DNA of 64,000 nt. It comes from Eledone cirrhosa. Lineage: Eukaryota. The DNA lies in NCBI GenBank assembly GCA_964016885.1, contig OZ024742.1:338334001-338398000 (forward strand). Reading direction: 5' to 3'. Below the pieces are notes generated by a model. That model ran no database searches, was not told the origin of the DNA, and was given only the letters and a program-made list of their open reading frames with translations. Shown one piece after another: positions 62,805 through 64,000 of the stretch (position 1 is its first letter; each line of letters opens with the position of its first letter). The translations under genes were made by a program, and so were the position numbers.

Positions 62805-64000
62805 AAGCTGGAACTGGTGCATAGCCCCACAACCTTTGTCACAGATCTTCTGGGCCCTCCATCACTTACAGTCCCGTGCCTTCTGCATTCTCCAAGGTGA
62901 AGTCGAGCTTCTGGAGATCTTCCTTAATCACATCTAGCCATTTTGTGCAGGCCTCTTCCAACCCTCAGCTGCTGCATTAAACGAGAGTAAGGCACTTCTA
63001 GTATGATCTGGCAGAAGGCAGACGACATGTGTACCAACGCATGCAGCAGATGTCTCTGAGAGAGGGGGGTTGCAGGCTGATGTGTGTGTGCATGCAACTG
63101 TTGATCCTTTTTGTGAGGGGCTACGTTTCTGTTCCATAGTGAACAGACCGAAGCATTGTAGATATGGAGCTTCGTCTTCCAGAACATAGAGCAGTGGTAT
63201 GAGGCTTCTGTAGGGAATGCATAAACCCGATGACTAGATCACATCTGCAGTTGATATCAATGGAGTCGGGTCTTCAATGTTGGTGATTGTGGAGTCCAGG
63301 TAAATGGAGGAGCTGATGAACTCCTCAATGCTGGGGCCAGTATGAAGCAGGGGAGGGTGCACTTAACCTGAAGGCCAAACTTTGCCAATTCCTTCCTGAG
63401 CTGGTTGATCAAGTTGGTGAATAAGGTTGTTCCAGAAAGCAATGGCAGAAACTCGTTCACAGACCTTGGTCATCAGATAGTCGATGTCACCGTTGAAGAG
63501 ATCAGAGGCAAACATGCCCTTTCTGAAACTGCTGTTGATGGGGACCCAGATGGAGTCCTTCCCGTTCATCCACATGCAACTCTCGGCACTGCTATAGAAC
63601 CATTGGAGCAGGGTGGTGTGCCGATGAGGCTGAGAATTTTCAAGAGGGATGCGTGGTCGTCCATGTCGAAAACTGCGTTGTGTTCAGCGAAAGAAACATA
63701 TAGGTCCCGATGTTTGCAGAATTCCTAATGTCTATTAATAATGAAACAGAGGATTGAAATGTGGGTGGTGGTAGATCAATTTGGCATGAATCTGGCTTGT
63801 TGTAGGTGACGTCTGCTTCTAATGGCTGAGAAGGATCTTGGTGAAGAGCTTCCTCAGGTTAGGGAAGAGTGTGATGCCCCTGTGGTTGTTACAGATGAGT
63901 TTTTCACCCTTCCATTTGCAGAACAGGAGGATGATGCCCCACTGTCCAGTCATTTGTGAGCTGCTCCGACACCTATATATAGTTGATGATGCGTGTGACT
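62805..64000 (-). mobile_element. Old RTE-clade remnant, copy E
   Basis: Homologous to 36200-37480. Confidence 0.72.

Larger units (their letters stand above)
59895..64000 (+). repeat. Unit E (start only; its ZNF exon is expected beyond the window)
   Basis: Collinear with 1-4021 and 33210-37480. Confidence 0.9.

Noticed and set aside
1-64000. Whole array as an assembly artefact
   Set aside because: Units differ by many substitutions, indels and private TE insertions with TSDs. Individual junctions still need read support.

Overview
Eukaryotic, AT-rich, repeat-dense animal DNA. It is most likely an octopod cephalopod; this is inferred from the CDICGK/TGEKP finger style, RTE LINEs with (GAT)n tails and CORE-type SINEs, and has not been verified. 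The window is a head-to-tail segmental-duplication array of one C2H2 zinc-finger gene unit. It holds four paralogous single-coding-exon, finger-only genes on + (ZNF1-4: 21, 27, 27 and 21 fingers) plus the start of a fifth unit. The units carry the same fossil scaffold (HERO-like RLE LINE, candidate promoter and non-coding exon, minus-strand RTE-clade remnant, splice acceptor, ZNF exon, plus-strand RTE remnant). On top of this sit unit-specific insertions: Helitrons, CR1, a Tx1/L1 dimer, RTE, Tigger/pogo, an LTR fragment and SINEs. Main observations: (1) three of four copies share one GAG->TAG stop in a TGEKP linker, in the ADAR-preferred UAG context, followed by decaying finger tails; (2) whole-finger block shuffling and substitutions focused on recognition helices; (3) two candidate promoters are unevenly distributed among the copies; (4) an inverted pair of young RTEs brackets ZNF3; (5) a PHD-like Cys/His module sits inside the RTE RT. 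No prokaryotic system, CRISPR array, rRNA or true tRNA was found. All alignments and counts were done by eye, so TE boundaries are approximate.
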